From: an uncultured Thermococci archaeon
GTDB lineage: Archaea; Methanobacteriota_B; Thermococci; Methanofastidiosales; B48-G16
Reading direction: 5' to 3'
DNA: 64,000 nt
Assembly (NCBI GenBank): GCA_964595645.1
Contig: CAZQQT010000001.1
Coordinates: 128,001 to 192,000 of the forward strand
Below are positions 30,448 through 40,304 of this stretch, piece by piece. A program made the position numbers and the translations under genes. The first letter of the stretch is position 1. Each line of letters opens with the position of its first letter. The notes below the pieces were generated by a model that made no database searches, was not told where the DNA came from, and saw only the letters and a list, made by a program, of their open reading frames with translations.

Positions 30448-31018
30448 ATGTCTCACTCAGTCTTATCGCTCCTTTCACCACATCCACTGCAGATCTTCCC
30501 AGCAGTACGGAGACCGGTTCTTTCCCGACGGCACCTGTTTCATAGGCAATGTCGGGGACCTGTCCGTCCACAGAACGTATTGCCTCTGCAACTTTCCACA
30601 CCATGGAACCGCCTTCTTCTTCTTTTCGTGCTTCTGGCTCCTTTGATCTATCTATCCACCCCAGTAAGAGGCCATTTTTCTTACAATACTCCTCAAGCCA
30701 TTGACCGAAGGTATCGTTGTGCATAAAATTGATTCCTGCTCGTATTTCTCCATCACGTTTTATTACCTCAATAATAAACCGGGCCATGTGTGATGATGCA
30801 CCTAATGTTGGATATCCCGCAGCTTTAGGATATCCCTTCACCGAGGTGATCCTACCGTCTACTCCCGCCACAGCGTCTTGTGTGCAGGCGTTGGGAAGAG
30901 CGTACACTAAATTCGTTCGTACCTCTGGAATGAGAGGGGCAAAAAAACGACATTCTTCAAGTATATGTATCGCTCTTACCATATTGCCAAGAACAGCGTC
31001 TCTTCGATTTTCTTCCAT
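30425..31018 (-). CDS. Stand-alone ThiN-domain (thiamine-phosphate synthase-like) protein
   Basis: IPEVRTNLVYA, VAGVDGRI, GASSHMAR, DRSKEP, GAVGKEP. Confidence 0.85.
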   Translation of the reverse strand: MEENRRDAVLGNMVRAIHILEECRFFAPLIPEVRTNLVYALPNACTQDAVAGVDGRITSVKGYPKAAGYPTLGASSHMARFIIEVIKRDGEIRAGINFMHNDTFGQWLEEYCKKNGLLLGWIDRSKEPEARKEEEGGSMVWKVAEAIRSVDGQVPDIAYETGAVGKEPVSVLLGRSAVDVVKGAIRLSETYAKNRKD

Positions 31019-31156
31019 TGTTATCCCTCATTTTAAACTGTGTAGGAACGAATATAAAAATTTTCGTGTATGTGCTCTCTATATTTTCATTTTTTCTATA
31101 CGTTTCCAATCAAATGACCAAAACCTTTATAAAGATAAACGTGAAATATAATTCAC

Positions 31157-31477
31157 ATGAAAAATAAATACCACCTATTTTTTGAGACACTGGGCACCAA
31201 GCTGAAAATAAACATAATCGGCAGTCTCCGCAAGAAATCATTCAGTGTCACAGAACTGGCACAGGAACTCGGAGAGGAACGAAGTAAGGTTTCCCATGCT
31301 CTGCTCTCACTTTTAGACTGTAATTTTGTCCAAGTGAAGAGAAAAGGAAAAAAAAGAATTTATTCCTTGAATAAGGATACGATTAATCCGTTATTAGATT
31401 TAGTTGAGGAACATGTCAACAAATACTGTAAAAAATGTAAAAAATTAGAGGTGAAAAAAAATGGAAGGAAAGGATAA
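31157..31477 (+). CDS. ArsR-type wHTH regulator
   Basis: SVTELAQELG...VSHAL; C-terminal CxxC. Confidence 0.8.
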   Translation: MKNKYHLFFETLGTKLKINIIGSLRKKSFSVTELAQELGEERSKVSHALLSLLDCNFVQVKRKGKKRIYSLNKDTINPLLDLVEEHVNKYCKKCKKLEVKKNGRKG

Positions 31478-32660
31478 AACGTATAATGTACCAGAAATAG
31501 CCGATGGTGTCTACTGGGTCGGTGTGAAGGACTGGGATCGACGGATCTTCGATGCACTTATCCCTCTTCCCCAGGGGACGACCTACAACTCATACCTTGT
31601 AAAGGGAGAGGAAAACACTGCGCTTATAGACACGGTAAATCCAGGGTTTGAGACGGTACTGGCTGAGAAAATCGGTCAGATAGTGGATGTGCACACTCTT
31701 GATTATCTTATAATGAATCATGCTGAGCCTGATCATGCCGGTGCAGTTCCGCATATTATGGGGTCAAACGAGGATATTGTGCTTGTAACGACGGAAAAAG
31801 GCGCAGAAATGGCACAAAATTATTACAAAATACCAAAAAAAAGAATAAAAACTGTAAAAGATGGGGACACGATGGAAATGGGCGGTAAAACACTGCAGTT
31901 TATTGAAGCGCCATGGCTCCACTGGCCAGAAACGATGTTCACCTACCTCCAGGAGGAAAAAATACTCTTTCCCTGCGATTTTCTTGGATCCCATACTGCC
32001 TTTGGGTTCTACGCCGATGAAAATGAAGAGCTCATGCCCCTCGCGCAACGATACTTCGGTGAAATCATGATGCCCTTCCGTACAATGGGTAAAAAAGCTC
32101 TTGAAAAGATAGATAAGTTAGAGATCGAGATGATAGCACCGAGTCACGGCCCCATCCATAAAAATCCTCAACAAATTCTCGAAAGATACCGAGCATGGAC
32201 AGCCGGTGAAACAAAGGAAAAGGTCACGGTGGTGTATGTCAGTATGTGGAACTCCACCCACACAATGGTAGACTCCATTGTCGAACAGCTGTTATCTGAA
32301 GGCATCGATGTCCGAGTTTACGATTTATCTGGTGCAGATATCGGGGATATTGCGAAGGATCTTGTCGATTCTCGGGCACTTGTACTCGGAACCCCCACAG
32401 TGTTAGGCGGAATGCACCCCCTTGCGATTTACGCTTCTTATCTAGTGAAAGCGCTGCGTCCACCAGTAGAGTATGCTGTGGTTCTCAGTTCCTACGGATG
32501 GGCTGGAGGAGCTTTACAGCAGATACAGGATATCCTCGGCTCAACGAAAATGGAAGTCGTGGACGCACTGACAATAGAAGGTTCTCCATCCGATAACGAT
32601 CGTCAAAAGATACGAGAAATAGGGAAAAAACTCTCGCAGAAAATCAAAAGAGGGAAGTAG
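31461..32660 (+). CDS. fprA: Flavodiiron protein (FprA)
   Basis: GTTYNSYL, HAEPDH, HWPETM, PSHG, flavodoxin domain (SYGW). Confidence 0.93.
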   Translation: MEGKDKTYNVPEIADGVYWVGVKDWDRRIFDALIPLPQGTTYNSYLVKGEENTALIDTVNPGFETVLAEKIGQIVDVHTLDYLIMNHAEPDHAGAVPHIMGSNEDIVLVTTEKGAEMAQNYYKIPKKRIKTVKDGDTMEMGGKTLQFIEAPWLHWPETMFTYLQEEKILFPCDFLGSHTAFGFYADENEELMPLAQRYFGEIMMPFRTMGKKALEKIDKLEIEMIAPSHGPIHKNPQQILERYRAWTAGETKEKVTVVYVSMWNSTHTMVDSIVEQLLSEGIDVRVYDLSGADIGDIAKDLVDSRALVLGTPTVLGGMHPLAIYASYLVKALRPPVEYAVVLSSYGWAGGALQQIQDILGSTKMEVVDALTIEGSPSDNDRQKIREIGKKLSQKIKRGK

Positions 32661-32661
32661 C

Positions 32662-32850
32662 ATGAAAAAACCGGTGGTAGATAAAGATACCTGTATTGGG
32701 TGTGGCATGTGCACGAGTATCTGTCCAGATGTGTTCGAGCTGCACGATGGGAAGTCCCATGTAGTGAATCCCAATGGATGCGACGCGTGCGACTGTCAGG
32801 ATGCCATTGACAGCTGTCCTGTGGATGCGATCTCGTGGGAGAAGAGGTGA
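32662..32850 (+). CDS. Ferredoxin
   Basis: CIGCGMC..ICP...CP. Confidence 0.92.
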   Translation: MKKPVVDKDTCIGCGMCTSICPDVFELHDGKSHVVNPNGCDACDCQDAIDSCPVDAISWEKR

Positions 32851-32855
32851 TTAGT

Positions 32856-34031
32856 ATGGGTGGAAAAGATAAAAAAAATATGATAAAAGAAGTGATAAAA
32901 AAGTTGCACGATGGAGCAGATCCCCAAGAAATGAAGGAGCAGTATGGAGAGGTTCTCAAAGAGATGACTCCCTCTGAAATATCAACGATAGAAGAGGAGC
33001 TCATTGAAGAAGGCATGGAACCAGAAGAGATTCGTCGTCTCTGTGATGTGCATCTCGCCATGTTCAAGGATTCGTTGGAAAAAGAGGAAGCGCTTGCACC
33101 CGAGGGACATCCTATCCATATCCTCATGGAGGAACACAAACTTATCCTCGAACATGCACACACATTACGGGATACAGCACAGCAGCTTACCGATACGGAA
33201 GAAGCCATCGAGGAACTTACACATCTCGTAGAGCATCTGGAGGAGTCGGAGGATCACTACCTGCGGGAAGAGAATGTGTTGTTTCCTTATCTAGAAAAAC
33301 ATGGCGTGACCCAGCCTCCAGCAATTATGTGGACAGAACACGACAAGTTGCGAAACATTAAAAAGGGAGTTCGCAACCTCGTCGATAGATACGGTGAAAT
33401 GGATTTTCAGACGTTTTTACAGCGATTAGAAGAGTTAGCACTGTCTCTTGCTGATGCACTCTCAGATCATATCTATAAGGAGAATAACATTCTTTACCCC
33501 ACTGCACTGGATGTCATAGGAGATGATGAATGGAAAGAAATACGGAATGATTTCGATAAAATCGGATACTGCTGTTATACTCCTACGCCTGTAGAAAAAG
33601 AGAAAAAAGAAACGGTAACTGTATCAGAAAAAGGTATTTCCTTTGAGACAGGATCATTGTCCAAAAAAGAGTTAAAAGCAATGCTCAATTCACTTCCTGT
33701 AGACATTACCTTTGTGGACAACGAGGATACAGTACGGTACTTTAATGATACAGAGGACAGAATTTTTGTGAGGACAAAGGCAGTTATTGGACGAAAGGTC
33801 CAGCAGTGTCATCCGCAGAGGAGTGTGCATAAGGTTAATGAAATACTCGAGGACTTTAGAAAGGGCACACGAGATAAAGCATCTTTCTGGATTACTATGA
33901 ATGAAAGGCTTGTATACATCCGATACTTTGCCGTGCGCGATCGAAATGGAACGTACCTGGGCACATTAGAGGTCACACAGGATATCACTGAGATACAAAA
34001 ACTGGAAGGAGAGAAGCGATTACTCGATTAG
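32856..34031 (+). CDS. DUF438 / hemerythrin / PAS domain protein
   Basis: LCDVH, GHPIH, HYLREEN.LFP, MW.EHD, PAS with CHP. Confidence 0.88.
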   Translation: MGGKDKKNMIKEVIKKLHDGADPQEMKEQYGEVLKEMTPSEISTIEEELIEEGMEPEEIRRLCDVHLAMFKDSLEKEEALAPEGHPIHILMEEHKLILEHAHTLRDTAQQLTDTEEAIEELTHLVEHLEESEDHYLREENVLFPYLEKHGVTQPPAIMWTEHDKLRNIKKGVRNLVDRYGEMDFQTFLQRLEELALSLADALSDHIYKENNILYPTALDVIGDDEWKEIRNDFDKIGYCCYTPTPVEKEKKETVTVSEKGISFETGSLSKKELKAMLNSLPVDITFVDNEDTVRYFNDTEDRIFVRTKAVIGRKVQQCHPQRSVHKVNEILEDFRKGTRDKASFWITMNERLVYIRYFAVRDRNGTYLGTLEVTQDITEIQKLEGEKRLLD

Positions 34032-34157
34032 AGTACCATCGCATAAATGATAGAGAAAGATAAATTTTTACATAGTATAAAAAATAGAATATATTTTTTT
34101 TCATGCGCAAACTATAAATATGTGGACTATACACATATAGCAGAAAAGGGATATTGA

Positions 34158-34403
34158 ATGGTCGTTGCATTTATTCAGGTGGTCGTAAGACCGGGAAGCG
34201 AAGAGAGAGTTAAAGGAAAAGTGAGAACGCTCTCCTATATGTCATGCAAGGTGGAAGAAGCGTATATGACCTATGGGAGTTTTGATATCGTGGTGAAAAT
34301 TCGTGCAGATTCAGCATCAGATATCCACAATTTTGTATTAAAACTGAGGGAGATTGATGGAATCAAAAAGACAGAGACGTCTCTGGTCCTTGGGCCAACG
34401 TGA
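34158..34403 (+). CDS. Stand-alone Lrp/AsnC ligand-binding (RAM) domain
   Basis: YGSFDIVVK...LREIDGI..TETSLV. Confidence 0.82.
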   Translation: MVVAFIQVVVRPGSEERVKGKVRTLSYMSCKVEEAYMTYGSFDIVVKIRADSASDIHNFVLKLREIDGIKKTETSLVLGPT

Positions 34404-34414
34404 ACGTATAGTAG

Positions 34415-35395
34415 ATGGAGATGGGCAGCATGTCGGAAGATACATACCATAGTGAAGTGGGTATTATTGGCGGAGGCGTAGCCGGTCTTGGAGCTGGTAT
34501 CACTGCGTCCTACAGAGGTTTATCGAATACAGTTTTTGAAGGAGGAGCGTTAGGAGGGATTGTATCTACACTGTACCCACATAAGGTCGTTGAGAACTAT
34601 CCCGGCACACCGAGTATTCTGGGCCGACGGCTCATCGATGAGTTCGTGATACAGGCGAGAGAAGAACAGGTAGAAATCCGCCAGGAACGGGTGATCAATG
34701 TACGTCCAGACAAAACAATCGTTACAAACGAAGGTACGTACAAATTTAAAACGATAATTATTGCCACAGGCTCACAGCCGGCGGAACTGGGCATTCCTGG
34801 AGAGAGAAAATTCAAGCGAAACGATAAAGGAGTTTACCACTTCGTGACAGATCCGAAGAAGTTCAAAAGAAAACAGGTACTTGTAGTTGGAGGTGGAGAT
34901 ACTGCTCTCGACGCAGTTCTTGAGCTTCATGGTACTGCAGAGAAGGTATACATCGTTCATAGACGGGATAGATTTAGAGGCGCAGAGAGCAAAGTGAAAG
35001 AGATCCGTAAAAAGGATATGGCCGAACTTGTGATGGACAGCGAACTCGTTCGGTTGGAAGGAGACAAAGAGCTGGAGAGAGCCGTGATAAAAAACAAAAA
35101 GACACAGTTGGAAGAGGAAGTGGAGATTGATAGATGTATACTTGCAGTGGGAATGAAAACCAACCTGGAGATTTTTTCCGATCTAGGTCTTCAGATAGAG
35201 GGAAAGTACATTAAAGTTGATAGAAAGATGCGAACCAACGTGGAGGGATTTTTTGCCGTGGGAGATGTCGTCTCACGGTACCAATTGATTGTGATTGCTG
35301 TGGCGCAGGGCGCGATTGCCGCTCACCATGCATACGAGATGATACGGAATCCCTACTGGGCAGAAGAAGAGCCTTGGCCTACTGAAATAGAGTGA
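34415..35395 (+). CDS. TrxR-fold FAD/NADPH oxidoreductase without CxxC (ferredoxin-NADP+ reductase type)
   Basis: GGGVAG, IIATG, GGGDTA, HRRD, AVGD; GVYHFVTD where TrxR has CxxC. Confidence 0.75.
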   Translation: MEMGSMSEDTYHSEVGIIGGGVAGLGAGITASYRGLSNTVFEGGALGGIVSTLYPHKVVENYPGTPSILGRRLIDEFVIQAREEQVEIRQERVINVRPDKTIVTNEGTYKFKTIIIATGSQPAELGIPGERKFKRNDKGVYHFVTDPKKFKRKQVLVVGGGDTALDAVLELHGTAEKVYIVHRRDRFRGAESKVKEIRKKDMAELVMDSELVRLEGDKELERAVIKNKKTQLEEEVEIDRCILAVGMKTNLEIFSDLGLQIEGKYIKVDRKMRTNVEGFFAVGDVVSRYQLIVIAVAQGAIAAHHAYEMIRNPYWAEEEPWPTEIE

Positions 35396-35396
35396 T

Positions 35397-35669
35397 TTAT
35401 CCGCCACCGATAGGCGAGAAGATCGAAACAACGTCTTCTTCCTCGAGTGTAGTGTTTATTCCATCAAGGAACGAGATGCTCCTACCGTTCACGATTATTA
35501 ACACATTCTTCAGTGCCAGTGGGTCTTGGTTTTTCACCAGAAGATCCTCCATTTTTTCATATTTTTCAGTAAGGATTTTTACGAGTTCTTTCACATTTTT
35601 TGCGTCAATATTCAGCTCTTTTTGACCTACAGGTTCACGAAAAACACCAAACAAACGAACGGTGACCAT
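35397..35669 (-). CDS. Ubiquitin-like SAMP/MoaD sulfur carrier
   Basis: Beta-grasp pattern, IIVNG, C-terminal PIGGG. Confidence 0.88.
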   Translation of the reverse strand: MVTVRLFGVFREPVGQKELNIDAKNVKELVKILTEKYEKMEDLLVKNQDPLALKNVLIIVNGRSISFLDGINTTLEEEDVVSIFSPIGGG

Positions 35670-35674
35670 TGTTC

Positions 35675-36406
35675 TCATCCTCCGCAGCTCGGACATTGTA
35701 GATTTCTCTCCACATCGATCAAGGTATACTGGAGATCCTTCCCACTGTAGAGTAGTAATTTGTTCGTGAGGATCGGCGATATTCCTGTGAAGAACTTGAT
35801 CACCTCAGTTGCTTGGATCGTACCGATTGTGCCTGGTGTAGTGCCGAGTACGGGTACTTTTTTCTCAGGGGGACTTGTGGGCATAATGCATCTGAGACAC
35901 GGCGTTTCTTGGGGGATGATGGTGGTTGCTCTTCCCTCAAATCCTTCACAGGCACCATGGAAAAAGGGGATATTCATCTCGACTGCCGCGTCGTTCAGTA
36001 TGAATCTTGTCCTAAAATTATCCATACAGTCGACAATAGCGTCCGTATTCTCCACCAGCCCCATTACCGTTTCTTCAGTGATTTTTCTCTCTTCTCCCCG
36101 GATTTCAATATCTGAGTTTAGTTCTTGGAGTTTTTTTACCGCTGTTTTTGCCTTACCTTTTCCTACGTCACGTTCACCATAGAGAATCTGTCTATTCAGG
36201 TTAGAGAGATCTACGCGTTCGTGATCGATGAGCGTGATATGTCCGATACCTGCAGCAGCAAGGTATATGCTCACCGCAGAACCGAGACCTCCGGCTCCCG
36301 CAATCACAATTCGAGCGTCGTGTAATTTTTTCTGTCCTTTTTTTCCAATCTCCTCAATTGTTATCTGCCTGTCATACCGTTCCGTATCACGATCTGAGAG
36401 TATCAT
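35675..36406 (-). CDS. ThiF/MoeB/UbaA E1-like adenylyltransferase
   Basis: RYDRQ, GAGGLG, SNLNRQ, CLRC and CPSC. Confidence 0.92.
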   Translation of the reverse strand: MILSDRDTERYDRQITIEEIGKKGQKKLHDARIVIAGAGGLGSAVSIYLAAAGIGHITLIDHERVDLSNLNRQILYGERDVGKGKAKTAVKKLQELNSDIEIRGEERKITEETVMGLVENTDAIVDCMDNFRTRFILNDAAVEMNIPFFHGACEGFEGRATTIIPQETPCLRCIMPTSPPEKKVPVLGTTPGTIGTIQATEVIKFFTGISPILTNKLLLYSGKDLQYTLIDVERNLQCPSCGG

Positions 36407-36414
36407 GGGAATCC

Positions 36415-36807
36415 CTACTGTGTTATGATTTTGTAGTCCCATTCTACTTCAACACCACTTTTCTTCATCTGTGCCAATGCGGAGCAGTACGTGTCTTGAC
36501 TCAGCATGATTGCCCGTTTCACTTTCCGTTCGTTGAGATTTCCTTTTATTTTATAGTAGAGTCTGATCGTTGTGAAGTATTTCGGATGTTCATCTCGTCG
36601 TTCTCCTTCAATTTCTACTTTCAGTCCCTCTACTGGCTCTCTGAACTTTTTTAAGGTATATATCACATCAAAGGAGGTGCATCCCGCTACCGAGAGGAGC
36701 ATCATCTGCATCGGAGAAACACGGGTTTCCTTCCCCATTTCCACGGCAATACCGTCGATTTTTCCGGTGAATTCCATTTCTTCCTTCCATTCTACTGTTC
36801 CCTTCAT
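36415..36807 (-). CDS. OsmC-family protein
   Basis: SP..M.L.SVAGC, YCS. Confidence 0.88.
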   Translation of the reverse strand: MKGTVEWKEEMEFTGKIDGIAVEMGKETRVSPMQMMLLSVAGCTSFDVIYTLKKFREPVEGLKVEIEGERRDEHPKYFTTIRLYYKIKGNLNERKVKRAIMLSQDTYCSALAQMKKSGVEVEWDYKIITQ

Positions 36808-36882
36808 AGTACTATTTTCCTGAGAGGTGTTAAAAAAGTATCGATGGAAAAAATATTTATTCTTGTGAGAGGATAGAAATTC

Positions 36883-37350
36883 ATGAGCAGAGGAAAGTTA
36901 GAAGGTGAACAACAATACCTTTCTTGTTGCGGCAAATACTATTGTGCCTTCTGTGACTACCATACAGGAAATATGGTGAAGACAGCAGAGGATCTTCTCT
37001 CATACGTGGAAAACCACAACTCACTTCCGCTGATAGCTGCCGGAACGGATACAAATTTCGATGCCTTCGTAAAAGGATTACAATGGCTCGCCTTGCACAA
37101 GGAGCCGTGCAAAGGATGCCGCTTTGGCGGGGGCTGGTCATGGAACCCTGACTGTGAGATACGGATCTGCACCATGGAAAAAGGAGTAGACTTCTGTTAT
37201 CAGTGTGAGGAGTTCCCGTGCAAAACATTACAGACAGAACCTTTTTTCGAACGTAAAAAAGGAATAATTGATGCAAACACACAAATTAAGGCTATAGGGA
37301 TCAAAAAGTACATGCAGACACTGAAGAAAAAATATACAAAGGTGAAATAA
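36883..37350 (+). CDS. Cys-rich DUF3795-like protein
   Basis: CCG.YC..C, C.GCR, C.IR.C, FC.QC.EFPC. Confidence 0.78.
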   Translation: MSRGKLEGEQQYLSCCGKYYCAFCDYHTGNMVKTAEDLLSYVENHNSLPLIAAGTDTNFDAFVKGLQWLALHKEPCKGCRFGGGWSWNPDCEIRICTMEKGVDFCYQCEEFPCKTLQTEPFFERKKGIIDANTQIKAIGIKKYMQTLKKKYTKVK

Positions 37351-37604
37351 TCAGGATTGGAATCCATCTCATCCTCACACCAGATAAGCTTTCTGAGGGG
37401 GTAAAACTTCGGAAAGAGAGAAAAATAACATCTCCAGAAGGTGTGAAAATCATTGAAGAGTACGTGTGGGATCTGAAGTTTCTTGTGATACTCGTTGAAG
37501 CTGAGGAAGTGAGGAATGTACTGGTATTTGTCCAAGAGTTCGCTGAATACGCTACAGATGTAGAGACAGGTGTGGTCACAAAACTGAAGGATCTCACAAG
37601 GTAG
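37350..37604 (+). CDS. Uncalled 84-aa DUF3303/GYD-like protein beginning with ATC
   Basis: Open frame (I/M)RIGIHLILTPDK...PEGVKIIEEY...LVEAEE...DLTR*; GGTGA RBS; TAATC where a TAATG stop/start overlap is expected. Confidence 0.55.
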   Translation: MRIGIHLILTPDKLSEGVKLRKERKITSPEGVKIIEEYVWDLKFLVILVEAEEVRNVLVFVQEFAEYATDVETGVVTKLKDLTR

Positions 37605-37668
37605 TTCAAGAACAATACTTTCCCATTTTCTTTACCTTCAGGGTTAAGAAGTAGTCAAGTATAGCGCG

Positions 37669-38247
37669 TCACTTTTCATCTATCATCTTCTTGCACATAT
37701 CAATAGCTGCGTATCGAAACTCGCCCAGTGTAACCACTGGCTTGACTTTTTTGTATCGATCCTCAATAGATGCATTGAAAACATCCTCATCGATACCGAC
37801 CTTCACTACCCGTCCGAAAATGATAATTTCATCGTCGTAGGTTGTGGTATACTCTTCGATACACTCGAGATGGATCGGACACTCTTTAATGCGTGGCGAC
37901 GTGACGACGGATGAAGATACTGCTGTCAGTCCTGCCTTCTCCAGCTCATTCACTTCAGGAGGATACTCCTTTGCTGTCTCCATTGCTTGCGCGATGATAT
38001 CCTCTCCTGCAATATTCACCACAAACTCATGCGTTTCGAGAATGTTCTGCGCTGTATGGTGGGCAAGGTTGCACCCAAAGGCAAGAATGGGCGGATCTGA
38101 GACCATATTCATGATATCCGACTTGACCGCCGCGTTCACACCACCATCTGCATCTACGGTGGTGACAATCACCATCTGTCCGAGGATCGGCAACTTGTTT
38201 CCCAATGGGCTCCGAAAACTCTCTAACTCAAGATCTATTTTTTTCAT
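37669..38247 (-). CDS. Flavin reductase-like FMN-binding protein
   Basis: VTT..ADG.VNAA, HTAQNI...EFVVN, PRIKECP.HLEC. Confidence 0.87.
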   Translation of the reverse strand: MKKIDLELESFRSPLGNKLPILGQMVIVTTVDADGGVNAAVKSDIMNMVSDPPILAFGCNLAHHTAQNILETHEFVVNIAGEDIIAQAMETAKEYPPEVNELEKAGLTAVSSSVVTSPRIKECPIHLECIEEYTTTYDDEIIIFGRVVKVGIDEDVFNASIEDRYKKVKPVVTLGEFRYAAIDMCKKMIDEK

Positions 38248-38638
38248 TTACTCCTCCGCATACCTCAAAATACTTCTTCCAGTCCATTTCCGTGAGTTGT
38301 AGCACATTCCCGTCAGGGTCGGTGAAGAGGAGTATCTTCCCACCCCAGATCGCGTCTTTCGGTCCTTCAACAATCGATACGTTTTTTTGTTTCAGTCGTG
38401 TGTGCGCTTCCTCAATATCATCGACGAGAAAGTTGATACACGGCTCACCTTCTCTCGGCTTCTCGCGCTCACCCCATGTTTTAAGTCCGATCTCGATACC
38501 GCCACAATCGAATCCGACGTAGTCCTTAAACTCGTACTTCTTTTGAAGCCCAAGTACAGTCTCATAAAATGTTACCGCGCGTTTTAATTCACTCACGGTA
38601 AGCGTGACATCCCATACTCTCCGAATCATACTACTCAC
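38228..38638 (-). CDS. VOC family protein
   Basis: FYETVLGL, FLVDDI, WGG...FTDPDGN. Confidence 0.87.
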   Translation of the reverse strand: MSSMIRRVWDVTLTVSELKRAVTFYETVLGLQKKYEFKDYVGFDCGGIEIGLKTWGEREKPREGEPCINFLVDDIEEAHTRLKQKNVSIVEGPKDAIWGGKILLFTDPDGNVLQLTEMDWKKYFEVCGGVNEKNRS

Positions 38639-38661
38639 CTTTTATAGGACACAACATCCCA

Positions 38662-39348
38662 TTACCTCTCTCCCTGCGCGTAGATATAAAATAGAGGATC
38701 TCCTAATGCGTACTCTCCATGTAATAGATACCGATATCCCTCCTTCTTCTCTCTGCGACTACGTTGCTCCCAGATTTCTCGTATCCGCGGCGTGAGATCT
38801 TCAACAGTGATATTGTTTAGTCCTGCCTCGCTCATCCATCGCCGAAAGTCGTCCTTTGTGGCGTTACAGAGGTATTCGAGGCCGATGGATCGAAATTCGT
38901 TCATCACAGCCTCCGGCAATTCTTCAGTCATGATCACGTCGGTGATCAGTATTTTTCCGCCCGGTTTGAGCACCCGAGCCATCTCGTTTTGGCTTATTTC
39001 TGTCGGTTTGGGAGTAGGGAAGATGATGAACTCGCTGAGCACAGCGTCAAATGTCTTATTAGGGTACGGAATCGTCTGACGTTCTGCTCTATTGAATGTG
39101 ATGGTCTCTTCCCATTCAGCGTGCTTCAAACGTTCTTTACTTTTCTTGAGGGATTTTTCATCCTATTCTAATCCCACAATTTCTCCGCTAAAATCATTTG
39201 TGCGGTTCATGAGCCAAAAGGCGACATCACCTTCACAGCTACACAGTACAAGAATGTTTTTTCCATCGAGTGGCTTCAATTCCTGATAGAACTTTTCCAA
39301 AATTACTGCACTCAATTTTTCCTTTTCCGTATCAGACCAGAGTGTCAT
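38662..39348 (-). pseudogene. Class I SAM methyltransferase interrupted by in-frame TAG (39163-39165)
   Basis: ORFs 39163-39348 and 38662-39129 share a frame: EIVGLE*DEKSLKK; FDAVLS, EMARVLKPGG. Confidence 0.75.
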
Positions 39349-39415
39349 ATACCTCCCCCATAATGGGCATGATATGTCTTTCCTATTTCTTTCTATTTAT
39401 ATATTCCTTTCGTTT

Positions 39416-40210
39416 TTATCGAGGAGTATAGTGCCGCTTCAACCATTTACAGAGTCCGTCGAGACCGGGAAACATGACGCGCTCGTTGATATTTGCTTGA
39501 TCCAGTTTATCCCGTACCTCCCACATGAGGGGCTTAGGAATGATTACCTTTTTGCAAAGTTCAGGGTGTTGGGCGAGGATCTCGTCGAGTAACACCGTAG
39601 GATCAGCGATCATAGAGTGCAACGCGTACTGATTCACAATACGTTCGTCCATGGACGGCGGCTCGAAGAACAGTATGAATGGGTCATCAGCAATCGAGTC
39701 GAGTTCCTGAAGTGACGTAACAATATCCGAAAGCATCTCCACGGTGAAGACGTTGGCACCTTCCTCTTGTAGTTTCTTCTTGAACTTCTTCGGAAGCATC
39801 CGATGGACTTCGACAAAGTCTACACACCACACTGCTCCATTCACTTCGTGCTCCGTAATTTCAACAGTAGCGAAATGCATCGCGGTAAAAGGAGAGTACG
39901 TCCAGTCCAGCAGTCGTGTGGGCAAACCGTGTTGCTGTGCCAGTGTCAACCATTTCCACGTGCTGTACTGCTTCGAGTCCTCAACTCTCGCGTACTTGAT
40001 AAAATTCCGCAGGAGATGGAACTCCAGTTTTGGATAGTCACCACCGAGCTGCATGAGTGACGTTTTTAGGTCCTGCCGTTTATCAGGCAATCCTCTGAAG
40101 GCATAGTTGGATCGGTACCGTTGGATGTCCTCCTGCCACGAGTTCGCGTACAGCTCCTCGATTAACTGGGGCCACGAGGTTACGGTGACCTCTTTCATTA
40201 CCTGACTCAT
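39416..40210 (-). CDS. FRG domain protein
   Basis: AFRG, LAQQHGLPTRLLDWT.SP, RIVNQ, FPGLDG. Confidence 0.9.
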   Translation of the reverse strand: MSQVMKEVTVTSWPQLIEELYANSWQEDIQRYRSNYAFRGLPDKRQDLKTSLMQLGGDYPKLEFHLLRNFIKYARVEDSKQYSTWKWLTLAQQHGLPTRLLDWTYSPFTAMHFATVEITEHEVNGAVWCVDFVEVHRMLPKKFKKKLQEEGANVFTVEMLSDIVTSLQELDSIADDPFILFFEPPSMDERIVNQYALHSMIADPTVLLDEILAQHPELCKKVIIPKPLMWEVRDKLDQANINERVMFPGLDGLCKWLKRHYTPR

Positions 40211-40304
40211 ACTATATTATGGTGTATGTAACTTTAAATTAGTTGGTTTCCCGAACATTTATTAACTGTGCGTGTGTATCACGCATAATAAGGAGCGAGT
40301 CTAC

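Noticed and set aside
29734-30726. 330-aa + strand ORF and other long antisense ORFs (e.g. 1373-2041, 60512-61781)
   Set aside because: Antisense to well-supported genes; no motifs or RBS
39163-39165. Pyrrolysine readthrough of the in-frame TAG
   Set aside because: Not a methylamine methyltransferase; the site fits TTG to TAG; TAG is a true stop in atpA, atpC, secD and uppS; no pyl genes in the window
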